Made by a program: the position numbers and the translations under genes. From a virus (lineage: Duplodnaviria > Heunggongvirae > Uroviricota > Caudoviricetes), in IMG/VR virus record IMGVR_UViG_647533110_000001: a stretch of 64,000 nt of DNA. One strand, written 5' to 3'. The notes beneath the pieces are model-generated. The model was not told the DNA's origin and did no database searches. It saw nothing but the letters and a program-made list of their open reading frames with translations. Positions 28,915 to 38,874 of this stretch are shown here, in pieces; within the stretch, counting starts at the first letter, position 1, and the number at the start of each line of letters is the position of its first letter.

Positions 28915-29325
28915 ATGGGATTTACAACACCTGTGTTTATACTCAAAAACACACCGGAGCTTCGAGATAAGTTAGTTCGTTTAGGGTATAAAATAGGATA
29001 TGAAAGGTATATAAACGATGATTTTTTAGCGACAGACAATGATGAGATGTTTGGAATTGATGTTCCATATCCTCCTGAACAATGTAATGGGTATATTCAT
29101 TGCGGAACTAATGAGGCTTTGTTCCTTGCCATAGCCGCATTGAGAGACGATACTGACGATTCACAATGGTTTGTATATCCTCCTGAAAATATTTGGTTTA
29201 TATGCGATGACGATGACATCAATTATGCACGAGAAAATATTAAAGATAGTGTACAGGCGGCATGGTTCCATTGTAGTCATAAGGCAACGGTGAAAGAGCT
29301 TATAGAACATTTTAAATCTGTTTAG
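28915..29325 (+). CDS. hypothetical protein
   Basis: 136-aa ORF. Confidence 0.45.
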   Translation: MGFTTPVFILKNTPELRDKLVRLGYKIGYERYINDDFLATDNDEMFGIDVPYPPEQCNGYIHCGTNEALFLAIAALRDDTDDSQWFVYPPENIWFICDDDDINYARENIKDSVQAAWFHCSHKATVKELIEHFKSV

Positions 29326-29329
29326 AGAA

Positions 29330-29509
29330 ATGAGTTATGATTTTTTAGGAGACATAGATCGAATAGGCATGGATGCCTACAAGCAAGGTGAAGAAGATGC
29401 CAAGAAAAGAGCTATAGAAATTCTGGCTTCTGTTTTAGAGAATTGGGTACATGGTGGTGATGCAGATTGTATCATTGCCGAATTTGAAGAAGAACTAATG
29501 AAAAAATGA
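29330..29509 (+). CDS. hypothetical mini-protein (59 aa)
   Basis: MSYDFLGDIDRIG...; fills the gap between neighbouring genes. Confidence 0.3.
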   Translation: MSYDFLGDIDRIGMDAYKQGEEDAKKRAIEILASVLENWVHGGDADCIIAEFEEELMKK

Positions 29510-29516
29510 TAACGAT

Positions 29517-29942
29517 ATGGCACAGTTTACAACACAAGTTGCAACAAGCATAGAGCAGTCGCAACAATTAATAGAGCTAGGTGTAAAACCTGAAACAGCA
29601 GATTTGGTATATCGCTGTACAAAATCAAGCACTGATTCATTGGAATGGGAACTACAATTGTGTCCACCATCACTGGAAAACATAGACAACAATGACATTC
29701 CAGCATGGAGCTTGGTCCGGTTACTTGAACTGCTTCCTTATGAGATTCCTTGCGACCGACCAAATGTTCTTCACCATCCAGAATTGATTAAGTATGAGGA
29801 TGGGTATAACTTCTCCGTATGTAGATATACCGTAGATTGTTTTGCTGGTACTCCTATCGAGAACAGCCCTTTTGACAGTTGTGTGTCTATGATTAAGTGG
29901 CTTATTGCAAAAGGGTATTTTAGCAAAGAATTTTTGCTATGA
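29517..29942 (+). CDS. hypothetical protein
   Basis: 141-aa ORF. Confidence 0.45.
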   Translation: MAQFTTQVATSIEQSQQLIELGVKPETADLVYRCTKSSTDSLEWELQLCPPSLENIDNNDIPAWSLVRLLELLPYEIPCDRPNVLHHPELIKYEDGYNFSVCRYTVDCFAGTPIENSPFDSCVSMIKWLIAKGYFSKEFLL

Positions 29943-30433
29943 GAAGAATGCCTTTTACTCTTATGGATGATCCATGCTATCATCCATTCTGCAAGTTCCC
30001 GGAAGAATATTACTGGAGGATGCCTTTATGGAAAGACAGGGACAAGGTTAATTCACGTACATTTTTAGGATGGTGTATGCGAGTAATAGAAAAGGTGTAC
30101 TTAGCAATGCAAACAGAGCCAACCATTCTACAAACTCCTCCTTCTTTGATAAACCGGTATGTACCTCCGACACCAGAGCATCTTTATTCAATGCAGATAA
30201 TAATTCCTTCTCGACCTCTTGCCTATGACGTTCAAGAAGAATTGCGTAGTTGTATAGAGTTACGCCAGCTGTACTCACACCAATGGTCAACACGACTGTC
30301 AGACAAAGAAATACCACGCGGGTACATAGCGGTTCTTGAAAATTATCATGGAGGGAAACTAATATCCCGTATAGGCTTGCGCTGGCTACGAGTACACCCT
30401 GCCAAAATTCTGATCTTTTCTGAAAAGCTTTAA
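29939..30433 (+). CDS. hypothetical protein
   Basis: 164 aa, ATGA-coupled; a competing minus ORF 30048..30494 with TM helices cannot be excluded. Confidence 0.4.
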   Translation: MRRMPFTLMDDPCYHPFCKFPEEYYWRMPLWKDRDKVNSRTFLGWCMRVIEKVYLAMQTEPTILQTPPSLINRYVPPTPEHLYSMQIIIPSRPLAYDVQEELRSCIELRQLYSHQWSTRLSDKEIPRGYIAVLENYHGGKLISRIGLRWLRVHPAKILIFSEKL

Positions 30434-30604
30434 AAGACAGTTTACTGTTTTCTTTGTGGTTGTCTTCGTAATATTTATTAGGTGTTTTGTACATGATTAA
30501 AAATATTTATTTCAAATAATAGTAGCCAACATGATATTCATTATCATAGTTGGCTACAAATTTAATAATAATGTGTATAATCGAATATAATCGTATTTAA
30601 ATAA

Positions 30605-30844
30605 ATGAACAAAGAAAGGAAAGGTAGATTCAACGATGTTATTAGTTCCCTGGAAGAAGCGAAGGGAGAAGTGGAGGACATCTTAAATGAAGAACAAGAC
30701 TCTTACGATTCTCTCCCAGATGGCTTACAAATGTCTTCTAGAGGAGAAAAGATGCAGGACTATATCGGCTTGATGGAGGACTGTATAAGCAAGATAGATA
30801 AGGTCGTTGGGTTTGTGGAGGAGAAAATTATAAAGAAAAAATAG
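30605..30844 (+). CDS. hypothetical protein
   Basis: 79-aa acidic ORF. Confidence 0.4.
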   Translation: MNKERKGRFNDVISSLEEAKGEVEDILNEEQDSYDSLPDGLQMSSRGEKMQDYIGLMEDCISKIDKVVGFVEEKIIKKK

Positions 30845-30904
30845 GTATTATTTGTGTATATCAAATACATTGCTTATTTTTGTTGTATTATTAACTATAA
30901 GAAC

Positions 30905-31321
30905 ATGAATAGACAAGAATTTTGCCAAATAATTGCAGATATACGAAAGCAGTCTACCATTAAAATGAAAGATATTTGTTTTCAAATGGGGGTTATGCCT
31001 ACTGCTATATATCGTTTAGAAAAAGGAAGTAACAATTTTGAAATGGGGAATATGATGTCGTATATTAAAGCACTACAGCATATTCTTGTAATTGAGAACG
31101 GCCAACATTCATATCGTACAAATGATGCACAAGAATTAGGAAGTATATTAGCATTAATTCGTAAAGAAAAAGCAATTTCACAGAGAGCTTTGGCTGAAAA
31201 AGCAGGGTATTCTCACCTTACAATTGCGAATATTGAGAGAAAAACAACTACTATTAGTATAGATACATTACTTAAAACAGTAGATGTTCTGGGATATACA
31301 ATTAATATCGAAAAACAATAA
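30905..31321 (+). CDS. XRE-family transcriptional regulator with two HTH_3 domains
   Basis: two Cro/CI-type HTH segments (MKDICFQMGVMPTAIYRLEKG; ISQRALAEKAGYSHLTIANIERK). Confidence 0.7.
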   Translation: MNRQEFCQIIADIRKQSTIKMKDICFQMGVMPTAIYRLEKGSNNFEMGNMMSYIKALQHILVIENGQHSYRTNDAQELGSILALIRKEKAISQRALAEKAGYSHLTIANIERKTTTISIDTLLKTVDVLGYTINIEKQ

Positions 31322-31326
31322 TTGCT

Positions 31327-31596
31327 ATGGTTGCGTTTATTTGTGTTATTATTTGGATTATAGTAACACCTTGCATTGCTGTTATATGTGGGTTGTCTTT
31401 AAAAAAAGAAAAAAGTCAACGTATTTCGTGGAAAAGATATAGTACATGTATGTTATTAGTGTCTGTATTTACTTTTTTCCTTTTGTATATGTATGACGAA
31501 CATTATGAATTACTGTATAAGTTTTTCTTAGCTATTGGGGTAATTGGTGTCGTTATTTATGCTTTGGGTATATCGTTTTTTAGAACTAAAAGATGA
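31327..31596 (+). CDS. small membrane protein
   Basis: two or three TM helices. Confidence 0.4.
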   Translation: MVAFICVIIWIIVTPCIAVICGLSLKKEKSQRISWKRYSTCMLLVSVFTFFLLYMYDEHYELLYKFFLAIGVIGVVIYALGISFFRTKR

Positions 31597-31704
31597 TTGT
31601 CTGGTAATAAGAGCTGGCATATTATTTATGATTTCAATACCTTTTTCATAACCGTATTTCTTCTTTTTTTTCTATTCTATAGAAAACAATTTTAAGAAGA
31701 TAGT

Positions 31705-32076
31705 ATGGAAAAAGAGTTGCATACAAACGAAAGTAACAATATAGATATACATTCAACTTCTTTAGAAAGAAAACTTTCATTGGCGTTGCATAAAAGATAC
31801 CCCGTTATATGGGCAGCAGATAATATTCAGGAATTGGTATTAGATGATAAAGCAACAGTTGAGAATGTATATGACGTACTGGCAGAAATCGAGGATAAGT
31901 GCGTGCATTTATCAAAACTCATAAATATAGAATTTAATCCTTCCAATGTTCAGAAATTGGAAGAGGAATATGGGGTACAAATTTCTGAACATTGGAAAAA
32001 TTACGCTCTAAATGTAATAAATAATTTTGCAGGAGAGGTGCTTGCTTTTGCGATGCAGGCTTCTTCTGTGCGTTAG
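31705..32076 (+). CDS. hypothetical protein (cassette 1, forward gene)
   Basis: preceded by the conserved TTCTATTCTATAGAAAA promoter/operator motif. Confidence 0.45.
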   Translation: MEKELHTNESNNIDIHSTSLERKLSLALHKRYPVIWAADNIQELVLDDKATVENVYDVLAEIEDKCVHLSKLINIEFNPSNVQKLEEEYGVQISEHWKNYALNVINNFAGEVLAFAMQASSVR

Positions 32077-32321
32077 TCTTCTGGATAGAAAGCAGGTTTA
32101 TGTCGGTCGTTGATATACATTATTACAACTTTTATAGCTTCTTCTACATGATATTCGGGAATACCGTTCTTGAAAGTTGAAAAAAGTTGTCTATTGGCAG
32201 AAAGATAGGTGCAACACCCATCCCAAATACGTGTTGCGATATAAGAGTCGTTTTCATGGTTGATTCGTCTTCCAATAACTTTACTTAACAATTCAATTTG
32301 CTCTTTTTCTTTTATGTTCAT
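32073..32321 (-). CDS. hypothetical protein (cassette 1, convergent gene), paralog of 32813..33067
   Basis: MN.KEK..ELL.K...RIW.GC.TY.S...GIP.YH shared with 32813..33067; 4-bp 3'-end overlap with forward gene. Confidence 0.5.
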   Translation of the reverse strand: MNIKEKEQIELLSKVIGRRINHENDSYIATRIWDGCCTYLSANRQLFSTFKNGIPEYHVEEAIKVVIMYINDRHKPAFYPED

Positions 32322-32471
32322 AGTATCAATTGTTTTTAATCACAAATATATAAAATCATTGATAATTGAGCACAATTGTGGTTAATAAATTTTTCAAAAT
32401 AAATCCAATAACATAACCATTCCCCTTTTTTCATTCTATTCTATAGAAAATAATAAAGAATATGGAAGAAT

Positions 32472-32816
32472 ATGGAAGAACCTAAAAATGCAAAATTATT
32501 TTTGGCATTAAAAAGTAGATATGCCTTACACAATACCGACCGTTTGGTAGAGTTCATATTGGATGATCAGAAGACATCTTTTGACTTTATTACTGAAATT
32601 ATTCCCCAAATAGAAGAAGAGAATAAAAAAGCTCCTAAACTTTTCAAGGTAACTGTTGATACAGACATTCTGGAAAGGTTACGTGCAAAACAAACATGTA
32701 AGGGGAAATACCCCCTTAATGATGCGAATATAGCAAATGAAGTAAGGCTGATAGAAGTATATCTAGCAGATAAGGTTTGGGACCTTGTTGGACTAGCCTA
32801 TATGGACCAACGCTAA
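32472..32816 (+). CDS. hypothetical protein (cassette 2, forward gene)
   Basis: preceded by a second copy of the promoter motif. Confidence 0.45.
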   Translation: MEEPKNAKLFLALKSRYALHNTDRLVEFILDDQKTSFDFITEIIPQIEEENKKAPKLFKVTVDTDILERLRAKQTCKGKYPLNDANIANEVRLIEVYLADKVWDLVGLAYMDQR

Positions 32817-33067
32817 AATTCTATTATATTTCCAGCTATTTTAGGGTTATCAATCATTTTCTGAGATAATTCTAACGCTTTATCAATATGATATTGAGGA
32901 ATTCCATGTCGGCAAGATTCAAAAAAAACTTGCGGACATGTGGAAACGTATGTTTGGCACCCAACCCAAATTCTCTCTTTTTCATAAGGGGTTACTTCAG
33001 GGCCAAAAGCTCTTGTTACAAATTTTACTAATAACTCAATGAGGTCTTGCTTTTCTTTTGTATTCAT
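32813..33067 (-). CDS. hypothetical protein (cassette 2, convergent gene)
   Basis: paralog of 32073..32321; 4-bp convergent overlap. Confidence 0.5.
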   Translation of the reverse strand: MNTKEKQDLIELLVKFVTRAFGPEVTPYEKERIWVGCQTYVSTCPQVFFESCRHGIPQYHIDKALELSQKMIDNPKIAGNIIEF

Positions 33068-33291
33068 TGTATCATCAATTGGTTTGATTGCAAAAATACA
33101 CCAATATCATAACTATTTTTCTGTTTTTCTTATCTAAGCTAATCCTATTAGAATAAATGCTGCAACAAATTTGTAATTAAAAAATAAATTATTACCTTTA
33201 CCAGACAAATTGGAAATGATTTTGTACATTGAACAATCCTGTTAATTATGTCAGTCTGTGTAATTAATTCATAATAAAAATAAAATAAGCT

Positions 33292-33945
33292 ATGTACCCA
33301 CACGATAATATTTTTAGTATTTATTACAATATAGGGAAACGAACTCCATTCTTGGTTAAACGATGTGAGTTAGGATTAGCACGTTCATCCAGCGAGGAAA
33401 GACGTATTGATCCAAATCAAGATAGAACCTTCTTAGTCGAAACTGTAAAGCCGCGTGGCAAATATGGTAAGGCTTATGGCAAGTGTTTTGTAAATGGTAA
33501 GCCTGATGATACATATAGGCAGGAATGTTATCCAAATATCAAAGACGAAGAAATCCCTTGCGCTGGATGTGGAGAATGGGTTTTGATTGATGTTCCCGGT
33601 GTATCGCTTAATGAAATATTTCCCATTCATAAAGCGGATGAAATACTTATGTTTGGTAAATATAAGGGGAAAACTTTTGGTGACATTTATAAGATAGATT
33701 ATCAATATCTTCATTGGCTAGAAAAAACAGACAGGCTTTTCAAAGTTGATTTTGAGGAGCTTAAACAATTATACCCAGATGTCGAAAAACAGGAAGATAT
33801 ATCTATTGCAGACCAAGTAATTGATTTTGGGAAATATAAGGGACAAAAGTTTCGTGACATTAAAGATGATATTTCTTATCTTGAATGGCTTGTCTCAATA
33901 GACAAAATATCTATTGAAGATTTTGAGTTGTTGTCCACGATATAA
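33292..33945 (+). CDS. protein with two DUF3820-like (ExoX C-terminal-like) repeats
   Basis: FGKYKGKTFGDI..YQYLHWL and FGKYKGQKFRDI..SYLEWL. Confidence 0.45.
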   Translation: MYPHDNIFSIYYNIGKRTPFLVKRCELGLARSSSEERRIDPNQDRTFLVETVKPRGKYGKAYGKCFVNGKPDDTYRQECYPNIKDEEIPCAGCGEWVLIDVPGVSLNEIFPIHKADEILMFGKYKGKTFGDIYKIDYQYLHWLEKTDRLFKVDFEELKQLYPDVEKQEDISIADQVIDFGKYKGQKFRDIKDDISYLEWLVSIDKISIEDFELLSTI

Positions 33946-33990
33946 TACCATACAGTTTTGGCTATAAACACTTTTAACACCCATATTTAT

Positions 33991-34482
33991 ATGAATAAAT
34001 TTTTATGCTCTCTTGTATTTGTGCTTTCTTTTTCTTCAGTCCATGCACAATCTAATGATTCACAAAAGGAAATACAAACACTTGTCCAGAGAGTCGATTC
34101 TCTTGAACATGAATTGTCATACCTTAAATTGACTTATGAATTAAATACACTTAATTCCGACATAACAATGTTTTCAAACGAGGTGTACACCAAATCTATC
34201 GCAATTCAATTAGACCTCTATAATCGAAATTTTAATTCCAAATTAGGTGATGCGTATCAACAATATTATGAAACATGCCAACGTAAGAAACAATCAATTT
34301 CTGAACTCATTGAAGCTAAGAAAACATTATACTTAATTAAAGTTATAACATATCCTTATTCCGAGAGTGAACTAAAGACGTTAAAGGCAAGTTATAACGT
34401 AATTAATGATGCGTATGACTCGTTAGGGAAATCAATGGAGTTACTGGAAATTGTTATTGATACATATAATAAGTTTTTGTAA
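33991..34482 (+). CDS. secreted coiled-coil protein
   Basis: signal peptide MNKFLCSLVFVLSFSSVHA; start chosen at internal Met. Confidence 0.45.
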   Translation: MNKFLCSLVFVLSFSSVHAQSNDSQKEIQTLVQRVDSLEHELSYLKLTYELNTLNSDITMFSNEVYTKSIAIQLDLYNRNFNSKLGDAYQQYYETCQRKKQSISELIEAKKTLYLIKVITYPYSESELKTLKASYNVINDAYDSLGKSMELLEIVIDTYNKFL

Positions 34483-34807
34483 CTATTTAATTTCGGCTTA
34501 TTCGATAAGTTGTGGAATTCCGAAATTGGTGTTAAAAAAGAATTTTGTCATTCTGGTGTAATAACTAAAAATAACAACCATTCTTTTTCCATCTTTCCTA
34601 TTCTATAGAAAACTGTAGTTGTCAATATCAGTACTTTGGTATCTGGTATTGTATCTATTTAATATGATATTGTTATAGACTAAAATTTTGTTATATGAAA
34701 GCTATTATTGAAGCAAAAAAATATAGGGACACTGATTCTTCGTATATTGTTGTCGAGATACGTTTTTTGTGTGTTCCTATATTTTATTATAAAAAGCAAT
34801 GGGCTTG

Positions 34808-34981
34808 TTAGTCGATTTTTACGAAAGCATTTATATTTCCTGTTATTGTAAGATATGCTCCTTGGGTATGACTCCAGTACACTGCGGTTAAATGTTCATT
34901 GTCTATTTTATCTATAACAACCATCTTTATAGGATCAATGGCATTGACAATTTTTACGCTGTCTCCAATTTCTATATTCAT
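34808..34981 (-). CDS. hypothetical mini-protein (57 aa) (cassette 3, convergent gene)
   Basis: MNIEIGDSVKIVNAID...; overlaps by 4 bp the stop of + mini-ORF 34695..34811 that follows the third copy of the promoter motif. Confidence 0.3.
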   Translation of the reverse strand: MNIEIGDSVKIVNAIDPIKMVVIDKIDNEHLTAVYWSHTQGAYLTITGNINAFVKID

Positions 34982-35380
34982 AATGATAAATATTTATTAA
35001 TCGTTTCAGCAAAGATACTGCTATTTATTGATAATTGAATACAATTGTAGCCAATTAATTTTCCCAAAATGTACTTGGTTTTCTAAACTAATCCCATCCA
35101 GTTCCAACTATTACTTAAAAAAGGTCGGAGATATGTTCTCCGGGCATACAGATAAAATTCATCAATTTGCAGAGTCTTTCTGACTCCTTTTGGTTAGTCC
35201 TGCAAACCTTGCGATGGCGGCTGAAATAATATCATAAACCAGAATAGCATAATTGATCCATGATATTCCAGGCGCATCGGCGAGGTTTGCTACTAAAAGG
35301 GCAACCAACATGACTAATCTTACCATGTTGGTTACAAAATTACATAAATCGTTGATAATCGTATATAATCATTTATAAAT

Positions 35381-35704
35381 ATGACAAAAAACAAATTATC
35401 TATTGCGCCTCCAGATAAGAAGAAGACTTTGGAGGCCTTTTTTCGTTATTATGAGTTAAGCCGTTTATTGTTCGGTCAAAAGCAAAACGAAATATATGAT
35501 GTCACGGATATTCCAAAGACAAATAAGTTTTATGAGTTAGCGAAAGAAATAGCTAAACAATTAGAAATTGACTGGGAAAATATGACACATGAAGAAAGTA
35601 ATCGTGTTATGTTGGCCTTATTGGAAGATTCATTTAATCTTATACGTGATATTGAAGACTCCAAATCTATAATCCTTCAAACTAAAATAGTGATAAAGAA
35701 ATGA
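35381..35704 (+). CDS. hypothetical protein
   Basis: 107-aa ORF. Confidence 0.45.
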   Translation: MTKNKLSIAPPDKKKTLEAFFRYYELSRLLFGQKQNEIYDVTDIPKTNKFYELAKEIAKQLEIDWENMTHEESNRVMLALLEDSFNLIRDIEDSKSIILQTKIVIKK

Positions 35705-36063
35705 GTGATGCACAGATTTATGACTTGTATGCTCAAAAGATTTCGGATATAACCAATATTCCATATCCTTATATTATTGCATTGAGAGATAATGGTTTGT
35801 TGAATCAGAAAGAAGCAAGAGATAAGTTAATCCGACATGATTATTGGAAATTGATGAAAACAAACAAATTCACACATAACCAGATACTTGAAAAACTTTC
35901 TGGTATATATGATGTCAATAAACGTAAAATTTTATATGCGATAAAAGTTAAACCCAAGCGCGTATATTATTGTAGGCAATGTGGACTCCAGTTATCGAAA
36001 GTCAAATACATGCGGAACGATGGTATATGCGATAAGTGTATTTCTAAACAAATAAAATTATAA
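35701..36063 (+). CDS. hypothetical protein with C-terminal zinc ribbon
   Basis: CRQCG...CDKC. Confidence 0.45.
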   Translation: MSDAQIYDLYAQKISDITNIPYPYIIALRDNGLLNQKEARDKLIRHDYWKLMKTNKFTHNQILEKLSGIYDVNKRKILYAIKVKPKRVYYCRQCGLQLSKVKYMRNDGICDKCISKQIKL

Positions 36064-36066
36064 ATT

Positions 36067-36384
36067 ATGGACAATCTGTACATTGAAGCGTATAAGTTCT
36101 ATAAGAATGACTACGCACATGGTTTAGTATTATTTCATATCCAATCTCATTTTGAGGCTTATGAAGATGATGCTATTCAACTGGGGGCAGTACTGAATCT
36201 CCCAGTATATCTGCAAGAAGGCGTGAAATTCTGTAGTTTCCCGGATTATGAACTTGAAAACACCTTGTTGTTCCTTGTACAGATTGGTATCTCGGTTAAG
36301 ACTATAGAATATCGAGATGAAAATGGGGTATTCGCAATACCAAAAGTGAAACAAATTTTGGATGATATTGAAGCTGATTATTGA
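36067..36384 (+). CDS. hypothetical protein
   Basis: 105-aa ORF. Confidence 0.45.
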   Translation: MDNLYIEAYKFYKNDYAHGLVLFHIQSHFEAYEDDAIQLGAVLNLPVYLQEGVKFCSFPDYELENTLLFLVQIGISVKTIEYRDENGVFAIPKVKQILDDIEADY

Positions 36385-36611
36385 CATTTTCGATATACTA
36401 ATAGTGATTTTTGTAAATATCTGTAATATAGTCAATTATATTAAGTATTATATTTAGTTTTATATATAGCTAATCTATTGTATAACAGTTGATTAAATAT
36501 AAAATAATTAATAAATTGATGTCGTAATTTAAAACAAAGTCGTACCTTTGCCTCACCATCTTAACAAAATAGTTGGTGAGGCTTTTATATGTAAACAAAA
36601 ATCATAGGAAT

Positions 36612-37139
36612 ATGGATAAGATAAAAACAAAATTGAAATTTATTAAGTCAGACCGTACAGAGTCATGGGTAGGATTTGTTTCTATCAATACTAAAACCGG
36701 TTACATTAAGGGCGTTAGAGAAGACGCAAAGGGTCCTAAAAAAGTATGTATTGTAACACATGAGCTAGAGCCAATTATTGAGCCGAATGTGCTTTATGAT
36801 GTACAAATGGTTCCTATGAAAAATGAAAAGGCTGGATACATCGTTGTAGCAGCGGAACCACATGCTTTTGATGCAAAGATTACTTCTACAGTTGTAAAGA
36901 ACGCTGTGTATTTAGTGGAAGTAAAGTTCGGAAACAAGACAATCAAATACGATCCGCTGGATGGGGTCAAAGATTCTGTTCGTACTATTGATGGGGTTGT
37001 AGAGGAACTGTCAAAACGTAAAGACATCAAAAATCTATTGCTGGTAATTGATGATTTCTGTAAGTCAGCAAACATTGTATTAACCGCATTCCAGAACGAT
37101 GGTCATTATGTCGCAGCAAAAAAAGTTCTCAAAAAGTAG
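36612..37139 (+). CDS. hypothetical protein
   Basis: start at MDKIKTK, in frame within track ORF 36573..37139. Confidence 0.45.
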   Translation: MDKIKTKLKFIKSDRTESWVGFVSINTKTGYIKGVREDAKGPKKVCIVTHELEPIIEPNVLYDVQMVPMKNEKAGYIVVAAEPHAFDAKITSTVVKNAVYLVEVKFGNKTIKYDPLDGVKDSVRTIDGVVEELSKRKDIKNLLLVIDDFCKSANIVLTAFQNDGHYVAAKKVLKK

Positions 37140-37341
37140 AAAACCTAAGCTTCCGAGAAAAAGAAAAAAGGCTTGTATAAAAGCACAAGGACGTGCTTCG
37201 TATTATAGCACTGTTAATCTTGCTAAAGTAGAAGGAGAGTGGCCTTGTAAATTTTGGGTTAATTCGACAGTAGAAATAAAACCGGTAATGATAAATGGTG
37301 CTGTGGCTCTTATTCCCACACCCGCTCAATATTGGTAGAAT

Positions 37342-37740
37342 ATGATAGAAATTCCAGTAGAGGGAATAGCTACAGACGCAGCTCATTCCACGAAAAATAA
37401 AATAACAGAGTTTCAGGGGATAGATTTACGGACCGGTAAGCGGATCTTTTATCAGAACCTGGGTAATAAAACGGTGAATATTGGTGAGTTCTTAGGTGTT
37501 GTTGAAGCAGCAAAATATATCATAGAAAATGATTATTCTCCCAGAATTATCTATACAGATAGTATAACAGCTATAGCTTGGTTTCAAAACAAAAAAACAG
37601 CATCCAAGAAGAAATGCAAAGAACTTCAGAAAGCCGAGATATTTCTTAAAGCTCTTGCATGGGATGTTGATACAATTGAAGTCAGACACTGGAACAACAA
37701 AGAATGGGGTGAGACCCCTGCTGATTTTGGAAACAAATGA
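37342..37740 (+). CDS. ribonuclease H-like protein
   Basis: RNase HI catalytic pattern: TDAA (D), GEF (E), YTDS (D), C-terminal H..N...AD. Confidence 0.55.
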   Translation: MIEIPVEGIATDAAHSTKNKITEFQGIDLRTGKRIFYQNLGNKTVNIGEFLGVVEAAKYIIENDYSPRIIYTDSITAIAWFQNKKTASKKKCKELQKAEIFLKALAWDVDTIEVRHWNNKEWGETPADFGNK

Positions 37741-37753
37741 AAATAAATACAAT

Positions 37754-38080
37754 ATGAAGATTAAATTTCGCGTTGGTAATAAGAAAGTTAAAACTTTATG
37801 GCTCTTATTCCAATTTCTCTTTTGTATATATTTCTTCGTAATGGCCATTACGGAAGTATATCAAAGCTGTAGTATTGATTATACTTGGACAACTTTGAGT
37901 ATATATGTTAGTGGAAGTGAGATAACTTGTGTACTAATATTAATGGGGCTGTTATTGAGTTTTTGCACTATCTTATCAAGCATGGCTGATTTCTTATCAA
38001 TCTTAGCTTGTTGGGTGCGTTATTTTACGACAAAGAAAAACTGTGCCGCCAACCACGACACAGAGTTAGATGCAAAATAA
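37754..38080 (+). CDS. small membrane protein
   Basis: start at MKIKFRVG; three hydrophobic helices. Confidence 0.35.
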   Translation: MKIKFRVGNKKVKTLWLLFQFLFCIYFFVMAITEVYQSCSIDYTWTTLSIYVSGSEITCVLILMGLLLSFCTILSSMADFLSILACWVRYFTTKKNCAANHDTELDAK

Positions 38081-38357
38081 TCAATTGAAAGTATAGGACA
38101 CTGCTGTTGATTACAAGTTAAACAAAGACATTAAACGCTCTATTCCTTTTAGGATGCAGGATAAATTGAGCAATCTGACATTAAAGTAAGTTTCGGTGTG
38201 TTTTACCTCAACTTGATTGGATTTAATGTTTGTCTTAGTTCTCTTTGCTTCAATATTCACAAGGCAGTGCTCCTTGCTTTTAGTTACCATTGCAAATACA
38301 AAGTTATGTATTTTGAACTTACAAACAGTAGAATCTCCTAATTAAATTAATTATAAT

Positions 38358-38573
38358 ATGAAAGAGCAAATCATATCTGAAAGGGCAAATATTATTGCCA
38401 ATTTGAGACAATTGGTTCAGTCCTTAGTGGAGTTGAATATGAGAGCTAAAACACACGTGTCTTCCAATAAGGCAGACATTAAGAAATTGAGAAAAGACAA
38501 TAAAGAGTTGGAGAAGATGAAAATCCGAAACTCATTCTTTATCCGGATTTTTTCTTTGTTCTTTAAGTCTTGA
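38358..38573 (+). CDS. hypothetical coiled-coil protein
   Basis: 71-aa ORF. Confidence 0.35.
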   Translation: MKEQIISERANIIANLRQLVQSLVELNMRAKTHVSSNKADIKKLRKDNKELEKMKIRNSFFIRIFSLFFKS

Positions 38574-38582
38574 TAAGATGAT

Positions 38583-38668
38583 GCCGCAATGGTGGAATTG
38601 GTAGACACGATGGACTTAAAATCCATTCGTCCGAAAGGACGGTGCAGGTTCGACTCCTGTTTGCGGCA
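38583..38668 (+). tRNA. tRNA-Leu(TAA)
   Basis: acceptor GCCGCAA/TTGCGGC, D arm, anticodon loop CTTAAAA, long variable arm, T arm GCAGG-TTCGACT-CCTGT; no encoded CCA. Confidence 0.85.
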
Positions 38669-38874
38669 CAATGACATAAGTCAACAAGAGTTCTTTGAAA
38701 TATACCAAACTTAATATGCGATGAAAAAGTATATAGAACAATTCTTTTTTATGATAGCGGTCTTATTCATAGGCAATAGAGTATTCAATCATGTTGACGC
38801 TTGGTTGGGAATTGCTATATGTTTTGGGGTTTGCTATCCAGTTATTAACATCATTAAATTAATTATCAAAAAAC

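Noticed and set aside
30048-30494. 148-aa minus-strand ORF with TM-like segments
   Set aside because: It overlaps almost entirely the + gene 29939..30433, which is ATGA-coupled to its upstream neighbour. This is kept as an ambiguity, but the + gene is preferred.
38583-38668. tRNA-Leu as prophage attachment site with a downstream 3'-fragment repeat
   Set aside because: No second copy of the tRNA-Leu 3' end was found in the window. The minihelices at about 6400 and 10260 have different T-arm sequences.
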